Virus record (IMG/VR): IMGVR_UViG_3300048121_001678
Location: 1-64,000 of that record
Strand: one strand, 5' to 3'
Length of the DNA stretch: 64,000 nt
A program made the translations under genes and the position numbers. This document shows, one piece after another, positions 1 to 9,729 of the stretch. Numbering within the stretch: position 1 is the stretch's first letter; each line of letters begins with the position of its first letter. The notes under the pieces are model-generated. The model was not told the origin of the DNA and did no database searches. It was given only the letters and a program-made list of their open reading frames with translations.

Positions 1-1
1 C

Positions 2-190
2 GTATGGTTCACTGGCGGATATACAGTTAATGGTATGATAGCTCAGATTGAACCCGAATTGAGCGTTAAGATTATTGTCAGTAAAAAAGGAAAAGATATG
101 ATTCATACTTACTCTCCATCCTTTGATGACTATTTATCTAATAACATGAACGTCGATGAACAAATCGAACTATATTTTGATATAAAGTAA
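2..190 (+). CDS. Partial hypothetical protein (5' end outside window)
   Basis: Open frame from base 2 (VWFTGGYTVNG...LYFDIK) ends in TAA, which overlaps the ATG of the next gene (TAATG). Confidence 0.6.
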   Translation, partial: VWFTGGYTVNGMIAQIEPELSVKIIVSKKGKDMIHTYSPSFDDYLSNNMNVDEQIELYFDIK

Positions 191-579
191 TGAAAAAGTA
201 TTTAATAACACGTGAACAATTGGACAATTTGGTTGCCAATTTCCTTGATGAAAAGATGAGAGGTGGTCGGGTGAAGACCGTTAGGAACCAATTCTCTAAA
301 AGTAGTCTCTTAAATGCATTTATTACTCCTAGTAACGAGGCACTGTTTATCCTTTTTGAATATGGTGAAAGTTGGGATTCGGATGATAATGATGGTCCAA
401 GAAATATACTATCTATTGATGAGGGACTTGTTGATATGTTGAGTAAACACGTCGGAATCAGAAAACATAAAGCAATGGACATTATCTCTGATTGGTTTGA
501 GGAAACTTATGATTTTGATTTCAGTAAGGTTGAAACAAGTAAATCACTCGAAAATATTATAAATGGATGGGAGAAATAA
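190..579 (+). CDS. Hypothetical phage protein with MKKYLITREQL-type leader
   Basis: 129-aa ORF, translationally coupled to the upstream ORF. Confidence 0.75.
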   Translation: MKKYLITREQLDNLVANFLDEKMRGGRVKTVRNQFSKSSLLNAFITPSNEALFILFEYGESWDSDDNDGPRNILSIDEGLVDMLSKHVGIRKHKAMDIISDWFEETYDFDFSKVETSKSLENIINGWEK

Positions 580-626
580 TATCTCTCTGATGGTGGCTGG
601 CACTTAAACCCCTACCCCTTTTTTTA

Positions 627-995
627 CTAATCTATATCAGAATCTAACGTTCTACTGTCTATAGTATTATTTACCTCGATTGCAATGTTTGGGATATACT
701 TATCTAAGTTCACTTCAATTTCAGCAATTACATTATCATAATCACTTCTGTCACTGTTAACGTATAAATCAACATATAATACAGGTACCTCATCATTAAC
801 ATAATTGGTAACCACTATTTTATCTATTGACGTAATTTCGTTTAATTCATCCATTTCTCCTAAACCCATTTCAAAAGCCATGTCCTGAATCCTTTCTAAT
901 GATAAATTAACTAAAAGTTGTATACTATCTAACATGGTAGATTCATTAATCTTCATCATTGATGTTATTCGTGATATTTCTGTGATTAAACTCAT
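627..995 (-). CDS. Hypothetical acidic protein (LITE/KINE leader)
   Basis: 122-aa ORF; TATTTAT motif just upstream at 1001-1007 on the minus strand. Confidence 0.75.
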   Translation of the reverse strand: MSLITEISRITSMMKINESTMLDSIQLLVNLSLERIQDMAFEMGLGEMDELNEITSIDKIVVTNYVNDEVPVLYVDLYVNSDRSDYDNVIAEIEVNLDKYIPNIAIEVNNTIDSRTLDSDID

Positions 996-1042
996 ATGTA
1001 ATAAATATACCTTTTAAAGTATTTATTATAAAACAATACGAC

Positions 1043-1576
1043 ATGAAAGATAATCTATTAAATGAAGAGTTAAGTATTATGAAATCACTATTCACCCATC
1101 AGAGAGGTGTGGTTATTTCAGAACAAGAAAATGTTACTCAACCCGACGACGAATTAAATAAAGTTTTATCACCTGTAGGGATAAAACTAACACCTGAGGA
1201 ATCAGAAGAAGCACATCAAGATTGTCCTATCGATATGCCTTCTGATGAAAAGGAAGCTGGCTTTGTTAAGCAGATATTAAATAACTTAAAAGGAATGAGT
1301 ATACCTGAATTAGTTAAAGAATTAAAAGGTGTACTAAGAATTAAGGATAAACCCATCGAAGAACAAGCAGGAGCATTGGCAACAATTATGATTGCAGGTG
1401 TTGCCGTTCCAACTGTTATTGCTGTTGGTATTGCAGCCATCATAATAATTGCTATTATCAGTGCAATTGCCAGTAAGATAAAAAGTAAAGGTAAGAGACC
1501 TAAAAAGTCATCGTGTGGTAAAAGAAGAAAATTAGTGCGTAAGTTTGGTGTGAGTGGTAACTTTATGAAACTATAA
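1043..1576 (+). CDS. Hypothetical protein with C-terminal transmembrane segment and basic tail
   Basis: 177 aa; long hydrophobic run ALATIMIAGVAVPTVIAVGIAAIIIIAIISAIA followed by a K/R-rich tail; TATTTAT at 1020-1026. Confidence 0.75.
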   Translation: MKDNLLNEELSIMKSLFTHQRGVVISEQENVTQPDDELNKVLSPVGIKLTPEESEEAHQDCPIDMPSDEKEAGFVKQILNNLKGMSIPELVKELKGVLRIKDKPIEEQAGALATIMIAGVAVPTVIAVGIAAIIIIAIISAIASKIKSKGKRPKKSSCGKRRKLVRKFGVSGNFMKL

Positions 1577-1600
1577 ATTAAAATATATTTATTGAAACAC

Positions 1601-1628
1601 AAAACCCCTCGATTGAGGGGTTTTTTTA
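1601..1628. terminator. Bidirectional intrinsic terminator
   Basis: aaaacccctc-gatt-gaggggttttttt hairpin between convergent genes. Confidence 0.8.
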
Positions 1629-1708
1629 TTTAGAGTCCTGTGTGGATAACGTTTCCATATTATTAACCACACAACGTTTCTTTTAAATCAGTATTTTTTA
1701 TTAATTAT

Positions 1709-1918
1709 CTAATTATTGTAGAATACCATAGTATCACTCAAATCAATTTTAGGGTTGATATCAAATGTTTCATCTCTCGGGATATCCATAATATGTGGTA
1801 CATCTTGCAACACATCTACAGTTTCTAAAATTGCAGTATGGATTGAGTCTATTACTATAAACAATATGACTACAATGAGTAACCAATTAAAGACTTTTGT
1901 TGTTTGTTTTTTATTCAT
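1709..1918 (-). CDS. Small membrane protein
   Basis: 69 aa with an N-terminal hydrophobic helix. Confidence 0.6.
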   Translation of the reverse strand: MNKKQTTKVFNWLLIVVILFIVIDSIHTAILETVDVLQDVPHIMDIPRDETFDINPKIDLSDTMVFYNN

Positions 1919-1927
1919 TTCTTTTAT

Positions 1928-2389
1928 CTAAAAATTCCCCTCACCCACTTGTAAACAGGTCAATCCATTGTCTCTCCACATCCTAACCACCTTATCTCGG
2001 TCATCAAAAACACAAAGTATTTCTTCTTTTTTGGGAAATAGTTGGTCCAACCAACGTTTTTTTAATTGGTCATCGGGCATGTACATAAACTCTTTACTCG
2101 TTGGTCTCATTTTTAAAACATCAAATGGTACCCCGAACTCTTTCAACCATTCCATAGTAACCTCCTTAGTTCCTTTACTTCTACCACTTAAGATTATAAT
2201 CATATGACCCTCAGATTTCATCATCTTAGTCATTTCAATAATCGGTGTGTTAGGTAAATCTAACTGAATATTCTTTGGGTCAAAGAAGATTTCCCAATTA
2301 ATTTTACCATCTTCTTTTGTTGATAACTCTCTTCGTTTATCAATTAATGCTAGTGTACCGTCTAAATCAAATATTACTTTTTTCTTCAT
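1928..2389 (-). CDS. HAD-family phosphatase (T4 PseT/PNK 3'-phosphatase-like domain)
   Basis: Motifs IFDLDGTLA, IILSGR, LKMRP and VFDDRDKVVRMWRDNGLTCLQV. Confidence 0.85.
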   Translation of the reverse strand: MKKKVIFDLDGTLALIDKRRELSTKEDGKINWEIFFDPKNIQLDLPNTPIIEMTKMMKSEGHMIIILSGRSKGTKEVTMEWLKEFGVPFDVLKMRPTSKEFMYMPDDQLKKRWLDQLFPKKEEILCVFDDRDKVVRMWRDNGLTCLQVGEGNF

Positions 2390-2688
2390 TACATCATTTG
2401 TGTTAACAGGAACGCTAATTTATACCCTCCAAAAGCACCTAATGCTGTTGGTACTGGAAATACTATAAACTTTCCTAAACTTGTTACATACTTAGGTCTA
2501 TTAACTACCCTCCCTAAAAAGAAGTAGTAAACCATATATCCTAATAATACTAATATATCAACTCTCTCTGCAATAAACACTACTAAAATGGCACCAAGTA
2601 GTCCAAATATAAAGTTATCTACAACCGCCGATGATAATTCTGCCCTATCCGTTTGTCTAAACTCTTCTTGTATTTTTTTAATGCTCAT
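2389..2688 (-). CDS. Small multi-pass membrane protein
   Basis: 99 aa with three hydrophobic segments; start overlaps the next gene's stop/start. Confidence 0.7.
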   Translation of the reverse strand: MSIKKIQEEFRQTDRAELSSAVVDNFIFGLLGAILVVFIAERVDILVLLGYMVYYFFLGRVVNRPKYVTSLGKFIVFPVPTALGAFGGYKLAFLLTQMM

Positions 2689-2711
2689 CTTTTTTGGTAT
2701 ATAATTTTACC

Positions 2712-2933
2712 TTACAGGTCAAAGTTTTCTTTAAGTTCCTTGATTAAAGTTTTAATCTCTTCTTTATTAAGGGCGATGTGAGTGAAGAGGTCTTCTTGAC
2801 TTCTCATTGTTAATTGAAGTTTCATACCCTCTTTACCTCCACTGAATCTTGTTAGTGACATTTCAGTGTTCTCCATTTCATTTGTCTTTTGACTATGAAA
2901 TTGACCTTTAAGCGATTTTAATTCGGTTGACAT
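2712..2933 (-). CDS. Hypothetical protein
   Basis: 73-aa ORF; TATATTTG promoter-like element at 2959-2966 on the minus strand. Confidence 0.65.
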   Translation of the reverse strand: MSTELKSLKGQFHSQKTNEMENTEMSLTRFSGGKEGMKLQLTMRSQEDLFTHIALNKEEIKTLIKELKENFDL

Positions 2934-2981
2934 AAACTTTATTTTATTAATTAGAATACAAATATAAAGTTTTTTTACTTA

Positions 2982-3350
2982 TTAACCAAATGTATAATTG
3001 AATATTTTACATTCAGGGTTTAGATTTGTTAAATCAGGAAACGTAACATCACCAATATCATCGTTATCTATATGTGATATATGTAATTCTGTAAAATATT
3101 TTGAGTATTTTTCATAAGTTTTCTTACCTCCTATACACCAATCACACGAAATGTTAAAACTATCTCTCTCATCCACAATTAAAACTCTGTTCTTAAGTGG
3201 TGGGAGACCATTTGCCGTCCTATATCCTACAAGACACCTACTATTAAGGGTTAATACCTTAAAGTGTTTTAAATCCTCTTTATTATGCCATAGTAGTTGG
3301 TCACCTTTACCTATAAACCCTAAATTATTTACTGCAATTATTGCTTTCAT
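2982..3350 (-). CDS. folA: Dihydrofolate reductase (compact, 122 aa)
   Basis: Motifs IIAVNNLGFIG, LLWHNKEDLKHFK, VGYRT, PPLKNR, IGGKKTY, LHISHI and GDVTFP. Confidence 0.9.
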   Translation of the reverse strand: MKAIIAVNNLGFIGKGDQLLWHNKEDLKHFKVLTLNSRCLVGYRTANGLPPLKNRVLIVDERDSFNISCDWCIGGKKTYEKYSKYFTELHISHIDNDDIGDVTFPDLTNLNPECKIFNYTFG

Positions 3351-3352
3351 CT

Positions 3353-3607
3353 TTAAGACCTTGAAGGGTACATCCCCTTAGCACATATAATATATTTAAC
3401 ACCTTTAGTTCCTGATTGTAATGATGGTAAACAATAAAAATCATCATCTTCGGTTCCCCCATAGGTATTACCTAATACTGAGTATAACGCAACATTATCA
3501 TCCTTCATTAGTCTTCGACCATCACATACCATCCATCCATGTGGTTCGTAACTTCCAGCGAACATCACAACCTCACCAATAAAGTGTTCTTCATTCCAAT
3601 TTTCCAT
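3353..3607 (-). CDS. Stand-alone phage tail-collar domain protein
   Basis: FIGEVVMFAGSYEPHGWMVCDGR...ALYSVLGNTYGG...LPSL matches the collar-domain pattern. Confidence 0.8.
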   Translation of the reverse strand: MENWNEEHFIGEVVMFAGSYEPHGWMVCDGRRLMKDDNVALYSVLGNTYGGTEDDDFYCLPSLQSGTKGVKYIICAKGMYPSRS

Positions 3608-3615
3608 AGTTTTAT

Positions 3616-4002
3616 TTAATTACAAAGGTCAGCATTTTCTAAAGTTACATTCCCCCATGTTTCATCGAATAAATAAATCTTAATGTTCTTATCATCTCGG
3701 TAATACGCTTTCTTATACTCACCGTTCTTATCCAAACCTGACCACTCCAAATACTTTACATAACATTCTTTGAAGGATGCCATATCTTGGATAGGTTCGT
3801 CCAAAATAAAATGGTGACCACCATATACCTTTCTGCCGAGATTGTCCTCGTGAGTGGTTCCCTGAAAGGTATATCTATAGTTTTTATTTACTTTATAGGT
3901 ATTCTCACAGGATGATAGTATAAAAATAACCACTATATACAATGCAGTTAGTACTATCCAATTCTTTTCTAAAAACAGTTTAATCTTGTTAATCATTATC
4001 AA
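3616..4002 (-). CDS. Putative lipoprotein
   Basis: Hydrophobic leader ending in a lipobox-like ILSSC. Confidence 0.6.
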   Translation of the reverse strand: MIMINKIKLFLEKNWIVLTALYIVVIFILSSCENTYKVNKNYRYTFQGTTHEDNLGRKVYGGHHFILDEPIQDMASFKECYVKYLEWSGLDKNGEYKKAYYRDDKNIKIYLFDETWGNVTLENADLCN

Positions 4003-4024
4003 TTATTGTTAAAGTTCTCATAAG

Positions 4025-4843
4025 TTATAGTTTAATACCAAGTCCCACACCGATACCAAATCTACCATCGTAACGAACCTGACCAATTAATTCTAAGTAA
4101 TTCCAATGATAAAGGAATCCACCTCGTATACTCATGTTAGTTAATATTTGTTGATTAATCAAGTAAATACCATTCTGACTTTCAGAGGACAAAACATAAA
4201 ACTCATCATAGTACGAGTTATATATCTTCCTGGTAGTAATACCAACAGTCATGTACGGGGAAAAACGTTCCATCGTTCTACCAGCACCAATTGAAAAATC
4301 ACCTTTGGTTTCCACATTACCCGCAGACTCATCACCCCAATCTTCCACTTCCCACGTTGATATATTATCGTAATATGGGTAAATAATTGGTAAGGTTGTG
4401 TGATATTGAATAACCATAAATGTTTCACCACCAGTAATAATATAAGGTGACATCTGACTTTGAAAGGCGTCCTGTTCAACAATAACCCCAAAAGATAACC
4501 TCATAGGTTTACTATTATTTTTCTGAATCAAATCAGAATCCGTAGTCATCACATATTCGTGTCGGTCCCACGTTCTATTTGTATTCCAATAAGGGTAATA
4601 ACCAACATCATATGGGTTATAATAATATGGTGTTCTATTCCATCCATTGTTCCATCTACCTTCATTGATACCATTGTTATATCCGTTCTGATATCCCTGG
4701 TTGTAGTTGTTATTATTCACATTCGTTCTCTGAGATTTTTTCTCTTGAACTTTCTGTATCTTTTGGTCCCTCTCGGACTGAGCAAAAGTGGTGTGTGTAA
4801 AAAACACACATACCACTATTAGTAATAATTTTTTCATATACAT
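4025..4843 (-). CDS. Putative outer-membrane beta-barrel protein
   Basis: Sec signal peptide (MKKLLLIVVCVFF...TFAQ), an N/G/Y-rich segment, alternating strands and a C-terminal beta-signal-like GIGVGLGIKL. Confidence 0.65.
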   Translation of the reverse strand: MYMKKLLLIVVCVFFTHTTFAQSERDQKIQKVQEKKSQRTNVNNNNYNQGYQNGYNNGINEGRWNNGWNRTPYYYNPYDVGYYPYWNTNRTWDRHEYVMTTDSDLIQKNNSKPMRLSFGVIVEQDAFQSQMSPYIITGGETFMVIQYHTTLPIIYPYYDNISTWEVEDWGDESAGNVETKGDFSIGAGRTMERFSPYMTVGITTRKIYNSYYDEFYVLSSESQNGIYLINQQILTNMSIRGGFLYHWNYLELIGQVRYDGRFGIGVGLGIKL

Positions 4844-4849
4844 TTGTTT

Positions 4850-4927
4850 TTAATCTTCAGAGAACTTAGGCTCAGAATATACATCACTATCGTAAAAGTC
4901 TACGAAGTCTTCAAATTGGTCATCCAT
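4850..4927 (-). CDS. 25-aa acidic micro-protein MDDQFEDFVDFYDSDVYSEPKFSED
   Basis: Translated by hand; fills the gap between a terminator and the next gene and has an A/T-rich leader. Confidence 0.45.
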   Translation of the reverse strand: MDDQFEDFVDFYDSDVYSEPKFSED

Positions 4928-5022
4928 AATAATAAGTAGTTTATATTGAATGGTAAAGATAACAAAAAACCCCCACATTTCTGTGAGGGTTAGTTTATAT
5001 TTTATTTTTTATTTTAGATTTG

Positions 5023-5565
5023 TTATTCAGGGCAAATACATGGGTCGGTAAATGGACAAGGACAACCCTCTAAACTTACAGGTGAAATTGAACCTGTTGT
5101 TGCATCTACACTTACAAACCCTTTACTTGTCGTAAAAATATATTGTGCTACGTTGAAACCTGGTTCTAATGGTCTTCTTAATACAACCTCAGACCAATCA
5201 GCAACTCCTTCGACACCTGTACCATATCCAGCATCTAATAATATTTGTTCAGCGTCTTCTAATGTTAGTTTGACAGGTAAATGTATCACCTCATCCTCCA
5301 TAAATGGAGAATTAATAACTTTTGATTTAGTCTCACCCTTAGAATCACACAACACCTCAATGGTAGTATTGTTAATACCAGCGAATACTGATTTAACACC
5401 TGTTAATTCTTTAGTCGCAGTTGACTCATAAAATAAAGCTGTGGTATCAATACCTTTTGCAACTTCCTGTGTTTGATTTACCATCTCATTAAATGTTAAA
5501 TCATTTTGTTGAGAACAACTCATTAAGAGTAATCCCGTAATTAATGTTAATAATGTTTTTTTCAT
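5023..5565 (-). CDS. Putative lipoprotein with Cys-rich C-terminus
   Basis: MKKTLLTLITGLLLMSC lipobox; ends GCPCPFTDPCICPE. Confidence 0.7.
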   Translation of the reverse strand: MKKTLLTLITGLLLMSCSQQNDLTFNEMVNQTQEVAKGIDTTALFYESTATKELTGVKSVFAGINNTTIEVLCDSKGETKSKVINSPFMEDEVIHLPVKLTLEDAEQILLDAGYGTGVEGVADWSEVVLRRPLEPGFNVAQYIFTTSKGFVSVDATTGSISPVSLEGCPCPFTDPCICPE

Positions 5566-5586
5566 TTTCGTTTTTATTTTAATTTA

Positions 5587-7188
5587 TTATATTTCTTCTT
5601 TATCTTTATTTGAACTATCTTTATTTACACCCCTAACGACTTTATTCATGATTTCCTCACTCGAGTTAAACGCATAGTTATCGAAGTTAGCATTAGTTTC
5701 AACCCAATCGAATGAAACAAAAGTATGTTCATTTATCTTAAGTTTAGTTTTCTCTAACCCTTTTAATCTCTTATGTAGGTCTTTACGTATTTCCTTAAAT
5801 TTAGGATTATAAGCTAAATTATTCACCTCATCTTTATCTTCTAAAAGATTATACAATTCGAATTCTTTATAGTAACTACCTAACGCATCAAAATAATAAG
5901 TGTATTTCCATTCTTTAGTTCTGATACTCCTTAATCTATTTGCTGCCAATACCGAAGATGGTAATGACGCAGAACCTGATTTAGTATCATCAAAAGTAAA
6001 TAAGATTTCTTCTTGAACACCTTCTCCTGTTTCAATGATAGGTAATAAACTTACACCTCTAACATCTGTAGGTACATCAACCTTAACCATGTCAGCTAGC
6101 GTTGGGAGGATATCCACTAATGTTGCCAATTCTTGTGATGACTCACCATCAGGGAATAATATAGGATTTGATATCACCATAGGAATTCTCATGTTTTCCT
6201 CATAAGCAACAAAAGCCTTTTGTCTCATACCACCGTGTGACATTCCCATTTCTCCATGGTCAGCCAATCTGAATACGATTGCGTCGTTCGCCAAGTTAAT
6301 GTCTTGGTCGTCATATAACACATCAATAAACTCACCAATCTGAGCATCAATCTTTGTTAACAAATACGCATAGAAGTTAAGGTAGTTCAACTTCATATCG
6401 TCATTCTTAAGAACACCCAACAATCCGTCAGCGGCAATGTTCGTTTGTAATTGAGCCATCGGTTTTTTGTTTCTCAATAATTGTTCGTTAACGGTTGATG
6501 GTAACTCAGGGATAGTTCTTTGTGTATACTCGTCTTCAGTATACCCATAATTAACAAACTTTGGGTAACCCAAAACATCGTGGGGATTTACCAAACTTAA
6601 TACCATACAATATGGTGTCATATCACCATTCTTTCTTCTTTCCCTTACTTGCTCCAAATACTCAATAGCCTCAGCAACATAACGTGCATCGTGGTTAGGA
6701 TAACCACCACCAAAGTTTTCAGGTTTAGCGTCCTCACCAGCATCAGGTCCAATCCAACCTTTAAATCCGTATAATGATATGTCTTTGGCTAATGGGTCAC
6801 CACCATCAGCACCTTTACTTAGGTGCCACTTACCACGGTATTGTACGTCATAACCAATGTCGTCTAATATTCTACCAATATTTGGTGTTTGATTATTTAA
6901 TTGAATCTCACCATCGGAATACACACCACCCTCAGTTAATGTTTGAGTAACCTGATGTTGTGCCGGATATGTCCCTGTAAATAATGTTGACCTACTCGGT
7001 GAACACATACAAGTATTACAAAACGCTCTGTCAAATGAGAATCCGTTTTGTTTTAGTTTTGTTAATGTTGGTAAATTTTCTTTTTCCCAATTATCAGGAA
7101 AATGTTGTGTCGCCCTTTCTTGGTCCGTGATGATAAAAATAATATCAGGTTTGGAGGGTAGTTCTTGTATTTTTTCTTTTAAACCCAT
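5587..7188 (-). CDS. Formylglycine-dependent sulfatase (Cys-type)
   Basis: IIFIITDQ, CSPSRSTLFTG (CxPxR), GKWHL, NPHD, ADHGEM and RIPMVI motifs; no signal peptide. Confidence 0.9.
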   Translation of the reverse strand: MGLKEKIQELPSKPDIIFIITDQERATQHFPDNWEKENLPTLTKLKQNGFSFDRAFCNTCMCSPSRSTLFTGTYPAQHQVTQTLTEGGVYSDGEIQLNNQTPNIGRILDDIGYDVQYRGKWHLSKGADGGDPLAKDISLYGFKGWIGPDAGEDAKPENFGGGYPNHDARYVAEAIEYLEQVRERRKNGDMTPYCMVLSLVNPHDVLGYPKFVNYGYTEDEYTQRTIPELPSTVNEQLLRNKKPMAQLQTNIAADGLLGVLKNDDMKLNYLNFYAYLLTKIDAQIGEFIDVLYDDQDINLANDAIVFRLADHGEMGMSHGGMRQKAFVAYEENMRIPMVISNPILFPDGESSQELATLVDILPTLADMVKVDVPTDVRGVSLLPIIETGEGVQEEILFTFDDTKSGSASLPSSVLAANRLRSIRTKEWKYTYYFDALGSYYKEFELYNLLEDKDEVNNLAYNPKFKEIRKDLHKRLKGLEKTKLKINEHTFVSFDWVETNANFDNYAFNSSEEIMNKVVRGVNKDSSNKDKEEI

Positions 7189-7261
7189 TTTATTTATTTA
7201 AAAATTGTTTTATTATATAACACAATAAGAATACATATATAAAAACAAAAAGAAATATAAA

Positions 7262-7615
7262 ATGGCACACCCTTTACAACACGCAAAATCATCTGTTAAC
7301 AAATACGGAGGTAAACCCGAGGATTATCTCCACATTCATCAGTGGTTTGACGAAACAAAAGGATGGTATTCACACATATACCACAGAATGTTTAGACATC
7401 ACTCTGAGGGTATATTTGAGTGTGAGAGAGTACTCGGTACACATTTCTTAAATAGTGACGGTAAAACCATCTATACACGTTATATTGGTGAACAACACGT
7501 CAGAGAAGATTGTAATAATCACGTCCCAACCGCAAAAGAATGGATTGAAGGCATTCTATCTGATAAAAAACCTATATGGATGATGAAAACTATGAAATTA
7601 AACATAGAAGACTAA
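7262..7615 (+). CDS. DUF6915-like His-rich protein
   Basis: MAHPLQHAKSSV...HIHQWFDETK...HRMFRHHSEGIFECE...GEQHVRED pattern, recognised from memory. Confidence 0.65.
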   Translation: MAHPLQHAKSSVNKYGGKPEDYLHIHQWFDETKGWYSHIYHRMFRHHSEGIFECERVLGTHFLNSDGKTIYTRYIGEQHVREDCNNHVPTAKEWIEGILSDKKPIWMMKTMKLNIED

Positions 7616-7627
7616 TATTTATAATCT

Positions 7628-8923
7628 ATGGACGCAGTATTAAAAAAGAAATTACTATTAGTTTTTGATTACCTTAAAGTGAATGGTTGCCAGTATGCAG
7701 AAAAGGAAGGTGACTTCTATGGAATGAGCTTCCACGACCAAAACAATCAGTGGAGTTGTGTTTCTCAAAAAAGTAGAAATGTACTGCGTATCCCATTAGA
7801 CATCATAGATGATATAGAAGAACTTATCGACAAAAACCAAAAGGATTTTGATGGTTTCGGAGAAGACCCTTACGGTTTTGAAGCAAGACTTTTTCCCGAT
7901 TCAAAAACTATATCAATCTTTGAAGTTTATAGTGAATACCTTACTGAAGATACTCATACAATGACAGTAGATACTGAAGAAGAACCTGAAGTAAAAGAAA
8001 TCATTGACCACTATTGTAAAGAAAAAGAAATCTGTAGAGGTAATATCACATTCCAATTTCATGGTGGTGGTGACTCAGGATATATCGAAGATGGTGGTAA
8101 TTCAGATTTTTATGGAGAAACCTCACTTTATGAACCAGCCGAAGATATGTTCTACAGAATGTTGAGAAACTTTCCTGGTTGGGAAATCAATGAAGGTTCT
8201 CAAGGTCAATGTATCATTGACATGGACTTAGAACAAATGCAGTTGGACTACAACGAAAACTACGAAGAACAAAGAGTAGATGAAATTTGGTCTATGTCTT
8301 TGGAAGATGAAATCAATGAAGATAGGGAGAAAGTACAAGTAACACCAAGTAGTGTAGATGTTGAAAATGAAGATACAATGTTATCCTCAGTAGAGAAACT
8401 ACTCCAAGTATTATACTTTGATGGATTAGATATCACATATGATTTACGTAGAATTCCACACCATCATGATAAAGATTACATCAGTTTAGATATCGATATC
8501 GATGTAAGTAGAATTATGTCCAGACACAAAAATTTTGATGAAAACTACACTCATGTAGTTTATGATATAGAAAGTGTTCTTGATACCGTTGAAAAGTATT
8601 TAGGTTTAAGTAACCAAATTTACGTTGGTATTAATTATATCAACCAAGACTTCCTTGATAATGAAGCTCTCGATGCAACAAAAGAACTAAAACAAGAATT
8701 AAAAAAGAGTGGTTTTACCACAGAACAAGTCAATCATGCGTTGATTAACGTTTATTATCGTGAAGATGACTCTCCAGTTTTAACAGTAGAAGCACTTGGA
8801 CAAGATATTCCTGATGAAAAAATAGAACTATTTGAAGATACGGTTTGGGGTATTGTTAAGAAATACGAACACCTGATGGAACTTATAAGTGAAAGAGAAT
8901 TGGAATGGTGGATTAATTATTAA
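7628..8923 (+). CDS. Multi-domain acidic protein containing a DUF6878-like domain
   Basis: Internal FHGGGDSGYIE...GWEINEGSQG motif, followed by an unrelated C-terminal half. Confidence 0.6.
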   Translation: MDAVLKKKLLLVFDYLKVNGCQYAEKEGDFYGMSFHDQNNQWSCVSQKSRNVLRIPLDIIDDIEELIDKNQKDFDGFGEDPYGFEARLFPDSKTISIFEVYSEYLTEDTHTMTVDTEEEPEVKEIIDHYCKEKEICRGNITFQFHGGGDSGYIEDGGNSDFYGETSLYEPAEDMFYRMLRNFPGWEINEGSQGQCIIDMDLEQMQLDYNENYEEQRVDEIWSMSLEDEINEDREKVQVTPSSVDVENEDTMLSSVEKLLQVLYFDGLDITYDLRRIPHHHDKDYISLDIDIDVSRIMSRHKNFDENYTHVVYDIESVLDTVEKYLGLSNQIYVGINYINQDFLDNEALDATKELKQELKKSGFTTEQVNHALINVYYREDDSPVLTVEALGQDIPDEKIELFEDTVWGIVKKYEHLMELISERELEWWINY

Positions 8924-9705
8924 TTCTTTTCTTCCTCTTTTCTTTTAATTTGTTCCCCATTATCCATGATGAACTCATAAAAATAGTCAACATACTTTTC
9001 TCTTTTTGGGAATTTCATTCTCAAACTCAAATATGTTCTCAATAAGTTATTGTCTGTAAATCCATTCCACATCTTTTCAAAGATGTCAGAATGTAAGGCG
9101 AATGGCTCAACTTCATAACCATAATATTTTTCGTTCAACCCATAACTTTCAACCAATTGGTCCACTTTCTCATTACCAGGATAGACATCTTCAAAATTAA
9201 CACCTGTAAGTGGATATACTTCTTCATACAACCAATCTCTAATCAAGTCCTGAACTTCATAACCAATCTCATTGATATCGTCTTCAGTAATCGGATTGTC
9301 TTCTGTATTGTAATCGGCATTTAACTCATCAATATCTGAATAGTTAAACAAATCACCTAATTCATATTCGTGACCATTACCACCAATAACTTCAACAGTA
9401 GATTTTGGGTCAACAGCAACATAAATATTATCAACATACCAAAGATTATTATCATAAATGTCACCATCACCTTTATTTATATCCCAATTCTTTATCAAGA
9501 CATTCATATCATAACCACCTGAAGAAATGTTGATTACATTCTTGGTCTTTTCTTTTATAATCTCATCAATACCCTCAATACCCAACTTATCTGCAAGTCT
9601 GAGTTCAGCCTTAGTCTCCATTTCTCGGTTAAAGCCAAAATACTTCATTATCTGATTATCTAACTTATCACCAGCGACCTCAAAATATTTATCGATTATA
9701 TCCAT
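8920..9705 (-). CDS. Hypothetical acidic protein
   Basis: 261-aa ORF; TATTTAT at 9710-9716 on the minus strand. Confidence 0.75.
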   Translation of the reverse strand: MDIIDKYFEVAGDKLDNQIMKYFGFNREMETKAELRLADKLGIEGIDEIIKEKTKNVINISSGGYDMNVLIKNWDINKGDGDIYDNNLWYVDNIYVAVDPKSTVEVIGGNGHEYELGDLFNYSDIDELNADYNTEDNPITEDDINEIGYEVQDLIRDWLYEEVYPLTGVNFEDVYPGNEKVDQLVESYGLNEKYYGYEVEPFALHSDIFEKMWNGFTDNNLLRTYLSLRMKFPKREKYVDYFYEFIMDNGEQIKRKEEEKN

Positions 9706-9729
9706 ACTAATAAATACTTCATAATATTA

